From: Candidatus Binatia bacterium
GTDB lineage: Bacteria > Desulfobacterota > Binatia > Bin18
Length of the DNA stretch: 64,000 nucleotides
Direction: 5' to 3'
Assembly: GCA_963666315.2 (NCBI GenBank)
Contig: CAXXHG010000039.1
Location: 32,001 to 96,000 of the forward strand
Part shown: piece by piece, positions 21,462-31,764 of the stretch
Layout: every line of letters starts with the position of its first letter
Numbering within the stretch: position 1 is the first letter of the stretch
Program-made: the position numbers and the translations under genes
The notes under the pieces: generated by a model
Database searches by the model: none
What the model was told of the DNA's origin: nothing
What the model saw: the letters and a program-made list of their open reading frames with translations, nothing else

Positions 21462-22940
21462 ATGAATGTTCGTGTTCAGTCTCAACCGATTGTTGCCGTG
21501 AGAAGTGAACTCCTGGTCGTCCCCGTTCTTCAGGGAGGGCAAAATGGATCGGGGATTAAAGAACTTGATGTCCGTGTTGGTGGCGTACTTCGGGAGCAAC
21601 TGAGGCGTAACCGCTTTCAAGGCAAACGTGGCGAGACGGTGTTATTCCAGACCCAGAGACGCCTTCCGAGCGTAGCTATTCTCTTTATTGGGTTAGGCAA
21701 ACGAGACAGTCTTGAGCCCGCGACGTGGCGGCAGAGCGCGGCCTACGCCCGCAAACAAGCCCAGGTGCAACGGGCCAAAGGGATCGCTTGGTTTGTGGCA
21801 GAAGACACGGGCGGGACAGCAGCCTGCGCTGCTGTGCACGAAGGTCTGCTGTTATCAGGCTATGCGTTTCAGAAATATAAATCCGACAACGGGAAAAAAA
21901 CGCAGGTTGAGACGCTGACGTTTGTCGGCCCCAAACTCAAGAAAAACGCGAAACTGGCACAGACGCTCGAAGCCGTCCAGAACACCGTATCGGGTGTTTT
22001 TCTGGCGCGAGATTTGGTCAATGAGCCAGCCTCGGTCTCGACGCCGACCTATCTCGCCAATCAGGCCAAAAAGCTGTCTGAAGGCAACGGGCTGAAAACC
22101 GAAGTCTGGGGCGTGCATAAGATCAAAGCAGCCAAGATGAATGGGCTGCTGGCGGTTGCGCGCGGCAGCCTGGAAGAGCCACGCTTTATCAAGCTGAGCT
22201 ATAAGCCGTCAGGCAAGCCCAAGAAGAAAGTTGCCCTGGTGGGTAAAGGACTGACCTTTGACTCCGGTGGTCTCTCTCTCAAGTCGGCCAAGTCCATGGA
22301 GACCATGAAGATCGATATGGCAGGCGGGGCAACCGTGCTTGGCACTATGCGCGCGATTACGCAACTTAAGCCTCAAGTCCAGGTCACTGGCTATATCCCT
22401 GCGTCTGAAAACATGCCAAGCGGGACAGCTCAGAAACCGGGCGATATTATCAGCTACCGGAACGGGAAAACGGTGGAGGTGCTTAACACTGACGCCGAGG
22501 GACGTCTGATTCTGGCCGACGCGCTCATCTGTGCCGTAGAAGAAAAACCCGACGTCATTATTGACCTGGCAACTCTGACCGGTGCCTGCATGGTCGCGTT
22601 GGGCTCCCAAGTCGCTGGGCTGTTTAGCAATAATCAGCAGCTGGCTGACGCGCTGCTCAAGTGCAGCAAAGAGACGGGGGAACAGCTGTGGCAGATGCCG
22701 CTGGTCAAGGAATACAAGGGCGATATTAGGAGCGCGATTGCCGATATCAAGAATATCGGTGGGGGCTACGGCGGTGCTATTACGGCCGCTCTCTTTTTGG
22801 AAGAGTTTGTCTCCGACGTCCCTTGGGCGCACCTTGATATTGCAGGTCCGGCCTTTTCGGAACGCGAATTACCCTATACTCCGAGAGGCGGAACCGGCTT
22901 TGGAGTCCGCACCCTGGTGCAGTATGTGCTGAGTTTGTAG
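21462..22940 (+). CDS. pepA: leucyl aminopeptidase (M17)
   Basis: LVGKGLTFDSGG, MKIDMAG, NTDAEGRL, DLATLTGA, WAHLDIAG motifs. Start set at ATG 21462. Confidence 0.95.
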   Translation: MNVRVQSQPIVAVRSELLVVPVLQGGQNGSGIKELDVRVGGVLREQLRRNRFQGKRGETVLFQTQRRLPSVAILFIGLGKRDSLEPATWRQSAAYARKQAQVQRAKGIAWFVAEDTGGTAACAAVHEGLLLSGYAFQKYKSDNGKKTQVETLTFVGPKLKKNAKLAQTLEAVQNTVSGVFLARDLVNEPASVSTPTYLANQAKKLSEGNGLKTEVWGVHKIKAAKMNGLLAVARGSLEEPRFIKLSYKPSGKPKKKVALVGKGLTFDSGGLSLKSAKSMETMKIDMAGGATVLGTMRAITQLKPQVQVTGYIPASENMPSGTAQKPGDIISYRNGKTVEVLNTDAEGRLILADALICAVEEKPDVIIDLATLTGACMVALGSQVAGLFSNNQQLADALLKCSKETGEQLWQMPLVKEYKGDIRSAIADIKNIGGGYGGAITAALFLEEFVSDVPWAHLDIAGPAFSERELPYTPRGGTGFGVRTLVQYVLSL

Positions 22941-23025
22941 ACGCTCGCTATTTTTTCTTGTGTCGGGGCAATGCATACATTGCCCCGACTGCTTCCATGC
23001 GTCAATACACAACGATGCGACAACG

Positions 23026-23712
23026 ATGCGTACCATCGTCCAACTCCAACGCCACGTTATTCACTGTCAACGGTGTCCCCGGCTCATTCAGCACTGTCAG
23101 CGTACGGCCCAAGAAAAAGTGAAACGCTACTGCGACTGGGACTACTGGGGGAAACCCGTGCCGAGTCTCGGCGACCGATACGCTCGCCTCTCTATTGTCG
23201 GTCTTGCGCCAGCCGCCCACGGCGGAAACCGGACAGGCCGGGTGTTTACTGGTGACCGCAGTGGGCACTGGGTTTTCGGAGCACTGCATGCCTACGGATT
23301 TTCCAACCAGCCGACCTCGACGCATATCGACGACGGGCTCATCTTACAGGATGCTTATATCACGGCGGCTGTGCATTGCGCACCACCAGACAACAAGCCG
23401 CTCCGGGAAGAATTTTATGCTTGCCAGCCGTATTTATTGCGCGAACTCCAGTTGCTGCAGCAGGTTCGCATTGTGGTTGCGCTCGGGCAGATCGCTTTCG
23501 TCTCCTACCTCAGGGAGCGGCGGCAAATTGGGCTGGCTGTTCCTTCTCCAGCCCCAAAGTTTGGGCACGCCAAGAAGTATGATCTTGACGGCGTCACCCT
23601 CATCGGCTCTTACCATCTAAGCCAGCAGAATACCTTCACGGGTCGACTCACGCGGCGAATGTTCCATTCGGTCTTCCGCACGGCACGCAAGATTATTGAG
23701 CAGGCAGCGTAA
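23026..23712 (+). CDS. uracil-DNA glycosylase family 5 (UdgB-like, Fe-S)
   Basis: CQRCPRL, GLAPAAHGGNRTGRVFTGD, HCAPPDNKP motifs. YHLSQQN where HPS is canonical. Start uncertain. Confidence 0.88.
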   Translation: MRTIVQLQRHVIHCQRCPRLIQHCQRTAQEKVKRYCDWDYWGKPVPSLGDRYARLSIVGLAPAAHGGNRTGRVFTGDRSGHWVFGALHAYGFSNQPTSTHIDDGLILQDAYITAAVHCAPPDNKPLREEFYACQPYLLRELQLLQQVRIVVALGQIAFVSYLRERRQIGLAVPSPAPKFGHAKKYDLDGVTLIGSYHLSQQNTFTGRLTRRMFHSVFRTARKIIEQAA

Positions 23713-23756
23713 CGCGCGCGCAACGCACGCTGGCCCTGATCGCCGCTCACGCAGCG

Positions 23757-24581
23757 CTACTCCGGAAAGATGGCGTTAATGACTTCATCAATCGCCCGCT
23801 GCGAATCGTTGTCATCCGTCAGCGAACGGGAGACGGCGACTGTACAGGCGCGGCGCGGCGCTACACCTTGGCGCATGAGTTGGCCGGAATAAATGAGCAG
23901 CCGGGTGCTGACGCCTTCTTCCAGGCCACTGGCCTTCAAATGGCGCACCTTTTCGCCCAGCTTGGCCAGATCAAGCGTCGTTTCGAGCGGGAGTTGGCTC
24001 TCATGCGCAATGATCTCAGCCTCTTTATCCCGTGGCGGATAGGTGAACTCAATAGTTACAAAGCGCTGCCGGGTGGAGTGCTTGAGGTCTTTGAGTATGC
24101 TCTGGTAGCCGGGGTTATACGATATCACCAAGAGGAAATTTTCGTGTGCCTTAAGAATCTCAGTTTTTTTATCAATCGGAAGAATACGCCGATGGTCGGT
24201 CAACGGGTGGATAAGGACAATAGTATCCTTGCGGGCTTCTACGATCTCATCCAGGTAGCAAATCGCGCCGGTTCGTACGGCTTGAGTCAAAGGGCCGTCC
24301 ACCCACACCGTATCGTCACCTTTGATGAGATACCGGCCAACCAAGTCACTGCCTGTTAAATCTTCATGACAGGCAACCGTGACAATATTTTCCGGAATAT
24401 CTTCATCGCGATCTGACATGAGTATATGCGCCATATGTTCGACAAAGCGTGTCTTGCCGCAGCCGGTCGGGCCTTTGAGCAAGACCGGCAGACGACATTC
24501 ATACGCGGCGCGAAAAATATCGACCTCGTCGCCTATGGGGAGATAAAACGGGACGGCACCATTCTTAGTATCTTGACTCAT
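23757..24581 (-). CDS. CbbQ/NirQ/NorQ family AAA+ ATPase
   Basis: [52 protein letters not shown] motifs. Confidence 0.92.
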   Translation of the reverse strand: MSQDTKNGAVPFYLPIGDEVDIFRAAYECRLPVLLKGPTGCGKTRFVEHMAHILMSDRDEDIPENIVTVACHEDLTGSDLVGRYLIKGDDTVWVDGPLTQAVRTGAICYLDEIVEARKDTIVLIHPLTDHRRILPIDKKTEILKAHENFLLVISYNPGYQSILKDLKHSTRQRFVTIEFTYPPRDKEAEIIAHESQLPLETTLDLAKLGEKVRHLKASGLEEGVSTRLLIYSGQLMRQGVAPRRACTVAVSRSLTDDNDSQRAIDEVINAIFPE

Positions 24582-24613
24582 AATCGTGATTCTTTTTCTA
24601 TGACGTGGTCATG

Positions 24614-25816
24614 TTATGACGTGGTCGTAGTGATGGTCTCCATGACCTGCTGTGTATCGATATCAACGAGCTCAACAGTCACCTGGCCGCTGACCCCATT
24701 TTTTTGCTGCGCGTCAGTAATTTGGCTGTGGAGCTTCTTTCGGAAACCCTCGCGCACGGTCGGAGGCATCCCCGCCATAGGAAAATGTCGAAAGAACACC
24801 TTGGCTTCGGTTTGCGACGGCCACTCGATGCGGACGATCTTGGGTGCCATCATTTCATGCGTGAGGAAGAGGGATTCTACGGCTTGCTGAAACGGGGGAG
24901 TAGCAGAACTGGTTGGCGGTGCAGTCTGGGCTGCACTCGCTCCATTCCTAAATTGAGCCAGGATCTGATCGATCAGGGTCCGGATATTGGCATTGTCCGT
25001 TAAGGTTTTAGCCTTGTGAAAAGATGCCCGGGCTTGTTCGAGCAGGCCTTTGTCTTGATAGGCAATGCCGAGGTTAAAATGGGCTTGGAAGAAGTTCGGC
25101 TGCATCTCTAGGACGTCTTGATATGAAGAGATCGCCTGGTCGACCTGGCCGGTGTAGAGATACATCGTCCCGAGGTCCGTTTGCGTGCCTGGGTCATCCG
25201 GCTTCAGGGTGAGATAGCGCTGATAGTGGTCAATCGCTTTGGGATATTCTTCCAAGTCGTAGTACACATTGCCAAGGCCGCGCAGCGCATCCAGGTTATC
25301 GGGCGCAAGCTCAGACAGACGGCTATACGAGGCCAGGGCAGCACTCCGGTAACTGGCGTCAATCTGTGACGCGCGGAACTGAACCTCAGCAAGAGTACGC
25401 CAGGCTTCCGGGTCTTGTGGTGCCGCGTTGGCTTGGGCGACGAGTTCGACAATGCGAGTAGTGACTTCTTCCGGCAGCGCGATCTGGGGATGATCTTGGG
25501 GCAATGCGGACCCACCGGTACTTGCGGGTCTACTCGTGGATGCGGGTGACGAATCGGCGCGAGGCGCAAAGCGCTCAGTCTGGAGCACGAAAACCCATAA
25601 GCCTATTCCAACAACCAGATACAGAGACAGGACGACGAGTCCAGGGACAGGCAGCCTTCGTTCGACTGATGCTGCTGGGGCGGTAGGTTTTTTACCTTTT
25701 TCCCCACCCCCCTTGCTCCCCTTAGCCGAGAGGGTTGCTCCACATTCCGTACAGAAATTGGCTTTGGGAATAGTCTGTATACCGCACTGCGGGCAAAAAC
25801 GTGCTGCTGCCACCAT
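24614..25816 (-). CDS. Zn-ribbon/TM/TPR protein
   Basis: CPQC..CTEC, one TM helix, LPQDHP motif, several TPR repeats. Confidence 0.8.
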   Translation of the reverse strand: MVAAARFCPQCGIQTIPKANFCTECGATLSAKGSKGGGEKGKKPTAPAASVERRLPVPGLVVLSLYLVVGIGLWVFVLQTERFAPRADSSPASTSRPASTGGSALPQDHPQIALPEEVTTRIVELVAQANAAPQDPEAWRTLAEVQFRASQIDASYRSAALASYSRLSELAPDNLDALRGLGNVYYDLEEYPKAIDHYQRYLTLKPDDPGTQTDLGTMYLYTGQVDQAISSYQDVLEMQPNFFQAHFNLGIAYQDKGLLEQARASFHKAKTLTDNANIRTLIDQILAQFRNGASAAQTAPPTSSATPPFQQAVESLFLTHEMMAPKIVRIEWPSQTEAKVFFRHFPMAGMPPTVREGFRKKLHSQITDAQQKNGVSGQVTVELVDIDTQQVMETITTTTS

Positions 25817-25956
25817 GGCCTCCGTTTCTTGGTAAACTACCTAACAACAATATCATACGTGGGCTAGACCAGGCAGAGAGAGTGTTTACTCCGCAACGCA
25901 GGGGACCCCTCCGATTTGTAGACATATTGTTGCTTTCCAAAAGCCCGTATACACTA

Positions 25957-26109
25957 TATGACCTGTGTCTGTATCTGGAGCAGATCGTGCAAAACTTCTC
26001 ACGCTATCACAAGTATACCCTGGGCGCCGATCTGCGGGATACGGCCAGGCGCGCGTTAAAGCTGGTTGTCCGCGCCAATGCTCAACGCGAGAAGGTGCCG
26101 GTGTTGCTT
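25957..26109 (+). pseudogene. four-helix-bundle (Avd/IVS-like) protein fragment
   Basis: YDLCLYLEQIVQNFSRYHKYTLGADLRDTARRALKLVVRAN. Both ends missing. Confidence 0.65.
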
Positions 26110-26190
26110 CATGTCAGCCTAAGAAGGCGCAAGGAAGATGGTCCAGAAGGATTGACAGGAATAGCTCTTCCTGCCATCTCTTGATTGACT

Positions 26191-26441
26191 ATGAAAGCCA
26201 TCAAAGTTGAGACGACGGTGGAGAAAAAAGGCGAGTTGCATCTCTCGAATTTGCCTGTCCAGACCGAGCAGCGCATCGAAGTAATTGTTCTGATACCAGA
26301 GGAAAATCGTTCTGTTTCTTCTGCTTCCTCGTCTCCGGTGGACACAAGGAATGGGAGAATCTTGTTGACACGATCCGCCACACTGAGCCGGTCTTCCCCA
26401 CGCTGGATGAAGCGACGGGCTTTTCTCGTAGTCGTCCATGA
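26191..26441 (+). pseudogene. putative antitoxin, apparently frameshifted
   Basis: MKAIKVETTVEKKGELHLSNLP..IEVIVL N-terminus. An alternative frame EWENLVDTIRHTEPVFPTLDEA..* ends in an ATGA overlap with the PIN gene. Confidence 0.55.
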
Positions 26442-26902
26442 TCCTTCTGGATGCGGACATCCTCTTGCTCGATATCCGCTACCCAAGGGATTCCCGCTTC
26501 GACATCAATGCACGGCTCCTCAAGATCCTGCAGGAGCAAGCACTGGAACGAGGCATTACGCTATACGCCTTGCTCGAAGTTGTCGGGGTTCTGAGCTTTA
26601 ATCTTCCAACGGATCAGATCCAACGATTTTACACCTTGCATCCTGGGCGATACGGCTTGCACGTCGTGCCAGCCTTGGAGGTCAGTCAAACGATTCCCAC
26701 CTTTGCGCTTACCGCGATGCTTACTCAAATTGAGAAGAAGATGGCTTTAGGCGATGCCTACCAGGCTTTGTACATCCAACAGCATGCTCCTCAGGCGACC
26801 TGCCTGTTTTCCTGGAATGCGCGCCATTTCCTCGATAAATTGCCGGTTTCTGTTCTGACTCCAGAAGAATGGTTGGTTCAGAATCCCTCCGAGGATGCAT
26901 GA
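26438..26902 (+). CDS. PIN-domain protein (putative VapC-like toxin)
   Basis: MILLDADILL, LLEV, GDA, SWNARHF: the acidic PIN pattern. Confidence 0.7.
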   Translation: MILLDADILLLDIRYPRDSRFDINARLLKILQEQALERGITLYALLEVVGVLSFNLPTDQIQRFYTLHPGRYGLHVVPALEVSQTIPTFALTAMLTQIEKKMALGDAYQALYIQQHAPQATCLFSWNARHFLDKLPVSVLTPEEWLVQNPSEDA

Positions 26903-27087
26903 GGCTCGTTTGAGCTCTACTATCAGCCAAAGCCCGGATCATCCGATTATCCTTAATAAAGGGCTTGGTAAAGCCGAAACGAGGAACCGTCAACTCAAGA
27001 TGCAAAGGTTATCGCTCCTTGCTGTGAATCCTGTTGACAGTCAAAGAGTCGGCTGGGTAAGGTACTCGCAGCACTGCGGAGGAAAAC

Positions 27088-28308
27088 ATGGCGAAAAAAG
27101 GCGCGAAGCGCGATCCACGACTCACTCAAGGAGCAAAAGTCCTGGAAGAATGGGGGATTAGCCTCGCTGTCTTACAAGCCAACAAGACAGCCGTTGCAAG
27201 CCTGAATGAGCGGATAGGCGAGAATGCTGATGCCGATCTGGCGTTAGCCGCATTGCTTGGCGACCTCCAGACTGCTGAGTCAGCCCAGTTTCTAGTGAGT
27301 TGGGAAGAGAATGCCAGTGACAAGCGGCTCCGGAAAGAAATCAGTCGTTCCCTCTATAGACTCTCCCAAAAAGGCATCCAGGCTGACCGCCCAGAAAAGG
27401 CAGCACCGCGCTCAGTCCTCACTCCGGTTGAACCCGAGGGCTATATCTCACCACTGGACGGACGGGGTGACCGTTTAGTCTGGCTCGTCAAATCGCGCAT
27501 TGGTAGTGGGCTACATTTCCTATCTTCGCTTATCAACGAACCCGAAGGCATGCGCTATATTGACGGCACTGAAGTCACACGGAAAATGCTGCGTCATGCG
27601 CGCCAGGACCTCAGTGACACGCATCAGATTACGATGGTCGAAGCGCCGTGGCAGTACTGTGACTTCCTCATGCACGAGGGGTATGAACGGGCTCAGGCGC
27701 AGGGCAAAAAAGAAGTTGAGTCCTATCCGGCTGCCCGGTCACATCTCCTGGGTGAGCCCACAGAATCGCAGGAAGTTCCGCTGCCGGCTAATCTGGACCG
27801 GGAGACCATTGCCGCAGACGAAAATTTGTTAGTAACGTCTCTTGAGCTGTTTGAAGAAAAAGAACTCCAGCGCTGGCTGTTTGACGCGCAACAAGCCCAA
27901 CCCTATGTCGAAAAGATCACCAGCGCCCAGGAGAGTCCGCTCGTCCTTAACCCGCAACAACAACACGACCGTGTCGAAGACGTTATCAAGGAGGCTGTTG
28001 TCGAAACCTTCTCGGGCGAAAAAGGTCAGACTTATGCCCGGCGTTTAGAAGAGACTGCGCTATATCTCTGTGCGACTGATCGGCTTGAAGCCGCGAAACG
28101 AGCCTTGGCGGTTGCTCTTGCGCTCCAAAAAGAAGGGTCGAACGGAAGCCAGATTCCCTTTTGTGAGGGTCTGGTGCAGCGGAGTATCAGTATGCACTAC
28201 GCGGAAGAAAAACAACAAGAGCAAGAGGAGGCGAAAGGCTCCTTGATTATGAAGCCGTCGGAATTCGCCGCGCGTGTACAGCAGTCGCAGCGGCAGCGCC
28301 GAGTCTAA
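27088..28308 (+). CDS. conserved hypothetical helical protein
   Basis: 406-aa ORF with GGAGG RBS and host-like codon usage. Confidence 0.8.
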   Translation: MAKKGAKRDPRLTQGAKVLEEWGISLAVLQANKTAVASLNERIGENADADLALAALLGDLQTAESAQFLVSWEENASDKRLRKEISRSLYRLSQKGIQADRPEKAAPRSVLTPVEPEGYISPLDGRGDRLVWLVKSRIGSGLHFLSSLINEPEGMRYIDGTEVTRKMLRHARQDLSDTHQITMVEAPWQYCDFLMHEGYERAQAQGKKEVESYPAARSHLLGEPTESQEVPLPANLDRETIAADENLLVTSLELFEEKELQRWLFDAQQAQPYVEKITSAQESPLVLNPQQQHDRVEDVIKEAVVETFSGEKGQTYARRLEETALYLCATDRLEAAKRALAVALALQKEGSNGSQIPFCEGLVQRSISMHYAEEKQQEQEEAKGSLIMKPSEFAARVQQSQRQRRV

Positions 28309-28328
28309 CCTGTTATGCTCCTTGCATC

Positions 28329-28598
28329 ATGCCTCAACCATCACCAGACCAAATCACCCCCTTCCCTTTTTTAAACTCCGGGACCATTCTGTCCTGCCCG
28401 TCGTGTGGCATGGGTCTCTACCTGCTGACCAAGAAAGTGACTCGGGACGGAACTTTTGAGGGGGCGGTAAAGGCGATGGCCGGTGTGCCGGAATACACAC
28501 GTGACGCCATGCCCAAGAACTGCCCTTTGTGTCACACCGGCGAATGGTGGTATCCGCCTGGAACGATCCACACCTTCCAGCACGGCTGGGTTGCATAG
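28329..28598 (+). CDS. small Zn-ribbon protein
   Basis: CPSC...CPLC. 89 aa. Confidence 0.6.
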   Translation: MPQPSPDQITPFPFLNSGTILSCPSCGMGLYLLTKKVTRDGTFEGAVKAMAGVPEYTRDAMPKNCPLCHTGEWWYPPGTIHTFQHGWVA

Positions 28599-28670
28599 TA
28601 CACTGCGGCGGAAGTTCCTCCTCAGTTATCCGAAAGGAAGCCCTCGCAGCCTGTCCTACCCGTCTTCCCC

Positions 28671-28742
28671 TGTCATTCCCAACTTGATTGGGAATCCAGT
28701 GCCGTGCCGGGGGATGGATTCCTGCCTGCGCAGGAATGGCAG
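28671..28742. repeat. GTCATTCCC...GGAATCCA-type REP/palindromic element (degenerate doublet)
   Basis: TGTCATTCCCAACTTGATTGGGAATCCA ... TGGATTCCTGCCTGCGCAGGAATGGCA: two hairpins in inverted arrangement. Confidence 0.75.
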
Positions 28743-28879
28743 CAATCGGAACTGGCGGGAAACTTCTGCCAACCAGTACTCGCGCGCTCTGTCCCCGCTT
28801 TGTTTTGAGTTGACAATGCTTTGTGAGGGCTATACGTGGAGGGCTGTAATAATTTCGACAACAAAAATGGAGGTGCAGT

Positions 28880-29764
28880 ATGGCGAGTCCGCAATTACAG
28901 CAAGTGATCGACATGTTCAAACAGATGGGGCAGGCGATGGCCGAGGCAAAAGATATGAACGCCATGCGCGCTGTCATGATCGAAGCGCAAGCTCCTGCTG
29001 GCGTGACGTGTACCCCAGTTGAAGCTGGCGGTGTATCTGCTGAGTGGAGCGTCGCCGACGGCTCGGCCGAAGACAAGGTCATCCTGTACCTGCACGGCGG
29101 TGGCTATGTTATGGGTTCTGCCGGTTCGCATCGTGATGTGACGGGCCGCTTGTCCAAGGCATCAGGCGCACGCGTTTTGTCGCTCAATTACCGCTTGGCA
29201 CCTGAGCATCCCTTTCCGGCGCCAGTTGATGATGCTGTGGGTGCCTATCGTTGGTTGCTGGCGCAGGATATTAGTCCGTCAGATATCGCGATTGCTGGAG
29301 ACTCCGCCGGCGGCGGACTGGCTTTTGCTACGCTCTTGGCCTTACGCGATGCCGGTGATCCTCTGCCGGCTGCCGGCGTGGGCATCTCGCCGTGGGTTGA
29401 TATGGAAGGCACAGGAGAGTCGATGACGACACGCGCTGCCGTCGATCCTGTGGTCCAGAAGGAAGGCCTGCTTGAGATGGCCAAACTATACCTGGGTGAT
29501 ACCGAGCCAAAAAATCCGCTCGCTGCACCTTTACATGCCAACCTTGCTGGTCTGCCGCCACTCTTGATTCAGGTTGGTGATGCGGAGACGCTGCTTGACG
29601 ACGCCACTCGGATTACTGAACGGGCCCGCAAAGCAGGTGTGGATGTGACGCTGAAAATCTGGGATGAGATGCCCCATGTTTGGCATCTGTTCGCACCGAT
29701 TCTTCCTGAAGGCCAGCAGGCTATTGAAGAGATTGGCACGTTTTTCAAAGAACGCACGGCGTAG
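28880..29764 (+). CDS. alpha/beta hydrolase, HSL-family esterase
   Basis: HGGG, YRLAPEHPFPA, GDSAGG nucleophile elbow, Glu/Asp and HVW. Confidence 0.93.
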   Translation: MASPQLQQVIDMFKQMGQAMAEAKDMNAMRAVMIEAQAPAGVTCTPVEAGGVSAEWSVADGSAEDKVILYLHGGGYVMGSAGSHRDVTGRLSKASGARVLSLNYRLAPEHPFPAPVDDAVGAYRWLLAQDISPSDIAIAGDSAGGGLAFATLLALRDAGDPLPAAGVGISPWVDMEGTGESMTTRAAVDPVVQKEGLLEMAKLYLGDTEPKNPLAAPLHANLAGLPPLLIQVGDAETLLDDATRITERARKAGVDVTLKIWDEMPHVWHLFAPILPEGQQAIEEIGTFFKERTA

Positions 29765-29788
29765 AGATAATCCAGGCAGCAACGTTAT

Positions 29789-29816
29789 AGGGCAGCCCCA
29801 TGGGGCTGCCCTTTTT
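29789..29816 (+). terminator. perfect 24-bp palindrome plus U-tract
   Basis: AGGGCAGCCCCA-TGGGGCTGCCCT-TTTT. Confidence 0.75.
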
Positions 29817-29830
29817 GTACAAGCCGCATT

Positions 29831-30904
29831 ATGGCCCAAAAACTACACCTCAGCATCGCTGACCAGTCACCCGTGCGCGAAGGCGGGACGGCTGCCCAAG
29901 CACTGCAAGAGACGGTTGCTCTTGCTGAGGCGGCTGAGGCACTTGGGTATCAACGTTTCTGGGTGGCCGAGCATCACAACTTACCCGGATTCGCAGGAAC
30001 GAGTCCTGAGATTCTTGTCGGCCAGATTGCTGCCCGCACCAAGACTATCCGAGTCGGCAGTGGTGGTGTGATGCTGTCCCATTACAGCGCGCTGAAAGTA
30101 GCTGAGACCTTTCGAGTCCTGGAGTCCTTTTATCCAGGTCGGATTGATCTCGGACTCGGCCGCGCGCCGGGCAGCGATCAGCGGACGGCCGCCGCGCTAT
30201 CGTATCCGGGCCAGCCGCGCGATATCCGCTATTATCCCGAGCAGGTTGATGATTTGATTACGTATCTCGCCGATGATCTCCCCCCGGATCATCGTTTTGC
30301 GGATGTTCATGCCGGGCCAACCGCCGGGACAATGCCGGAAGTGTGGTTGCTTGGCTCAGGCATAGATTCTGCGCATATTGCCGCAGAACGTGGCTTGCCG
30401 TTTAGCTACGCCTATTTTTTTGGTGTTGGCGTTCAGCACGGGCCGCCCATTGTTGAAAGCTACCGCCAGCATTTTCGTCCATCAGAGTTTCTGACTGAGC
30501 CCAAAGTCAACGTCGCCATTCAGGTTCTCTGTGCAGAGACCGAAGAAGAAGCCCGGCACCTGGCCGCCAGCCGAAACCTGGTTCGACTGAATATTGTCCG
30601 CGGTCGCCGCCGAGGTGTCCCAACGCCTGAAGAGGCGCTTGCCTACCCGTACAGCCACGACGAGCTGGCCTATCTTGAACAGTATCTACGCACGAATGTT
30701 GACGGAGATCCGCAACAGGTCAAAGAAAAGCTCGAACGCCTGGCCGAAGTGTTTCAGACCAACGACCTGGGTATTGTTACGATCTGCTATGACTTTGCCA
30801 AGCGAATACGGTCGTGTGAACTCGTGGCAGAAGCATGTGGGTTGGTTGCACCAAAGCCCGAACGGATTGACCCTATACCCGCCTCTCTCACACAACGTAG
30901 CTGA
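29831..30904 (+). CDS. LLM-class flavin-dependent oxidoreductase (YhbW-like)
   Basis: GYQRFWVAEHH, IRVGSGGVML.HYS.LKVAE.F, PGRIDLGLGRAPG motifs. Confidence 0.92.
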   Translation: MAQKLHLSIADQSPVREGGTAAQALQETVALAEAAEALGYQRFWVAEHHNLPGFAGTSPEILVGQIAARTKTIRVGSGGVMLSHYSALKVAETFRVLESFYPGRIDLGLGRAPGSDQRTAAALSYPGQPRDIRYYPEQVDDLITYLADDLPPDHRFADVHAGPTAGTMPEVWLLGSGIDSAHIAAERGLPFSYAYFFGVGVQHGPPIVESYRQHFRPSEFLTEPKVNVAIQVLCAETEEEARHLAASRNLVRLNIVRGRRRGVPTPEEALAYPYSHDELAYLEQYLRTNVDGDPQQVKEKLERLAEVFQTNDLGIVTICYDFAKRIRSCELVAEACGLVAPKPERIDPIPASLTQRS

Positions 30905-31133
30905 TCCGCATAGTCTGACAGCTCTCCGCCTCTTTCCTCTCGCCGAGAGCAGTCTCTTGCCCAGTATGATAATATAACTCCTTTTTGTATATTCGATAAG
31001 ATTCTGATATAAAAGCATTTTATCGAATTTAGAGATAATAACTCCCCTCTCAAGTTCTCCCCGTCTGGGAGGTAAATGGGATCTATTAAGAGCTCCCTGA
31101 ATCATATCCGTAATAATGATATAAGATAGAAAT

Positions 31134-31646
31134 ATGGAGAGGAAAGAAAGTAAGAAGCCGGGGACGAAGGGGCCGAAAAAGAAGACGGCTCAGCCAAAAA
31201 CGGCCCAACGCGCGACGGGAAAGAAAGCAGTAGTAAAAAAGAAGACGGCGCCGAAGAAGACGGCGCCGAAGCGGACGGCAGCGCCTCAGGCGACGGCGAA
31301 GAAGACCAAGCGGGCGATCCCTACACGAGAGATGACCTCCCGGGAATGGCTAGAGGCCTTCTCTTTTAGCCTTTTTGTTAGTCAACTCCAGGATTTTTTT
31401 AAATGGTGTTGGGAAAATATTTATAAAGAAAAAACCCGAGACCTTGTTGTCGGGCTCTTTCGTACGATATTTTTCCCCTTCGAGTCCATGCCTGTACATG
31501 AACCCCTTCCGATCTGGCGCCAGCGGCAAGTGTTGGGTTTTTTGAAAAGCCTGACAAGCCCAAATGCTGCAGCATTAGAAAAAATTATCAAACAATGGGC
31601 GCGAGAGACTAACCGGGATCTCGACCTGCTCGGCGGTGGTGGGTAG
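31134..31646 (+). CDS. hypothetical protein with Lys/Ala/Thr-rich histone-H1-like N-terminus
   Basis: KKTAP-type repeats, AT-rich upstream region, AT-richer 3' half. Confidence 0.55.
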   Translation: MERKESKKPGTKGPKKKTAQPKTAQRATGKKAVVKKKTAPKKTAPKRTAAPQATAKKTKRAIPTREMTSREWLEAFSFSLFVSQLQDFFKWCWENIYKEKTRDLVVGLFRTIFFPFESMPVHEPLPIWRQRQVLGFLKSLTSPNAAALEKIIKQWARETNRDLDLLGGGG

Positions 31647-31764
31647 CGACAGTGTGATAGCCTGCCTCAGGTTCGCAGGGGGCAAAGGCCGTGTGCAACA
31701 AATTCAGCGAGAAATATGAAAAAAGGGGCACAGCATGCTGCACCCCTACTCAGACGCCTGGACT

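Noticed and set aside
25801-26184. Diversity-generating retroelement suggested by the Avd-like fragment
   Set aside because: No reverse transcriptase and no TR/VR repeat pair were seen in the window, and the fragment is truncated.
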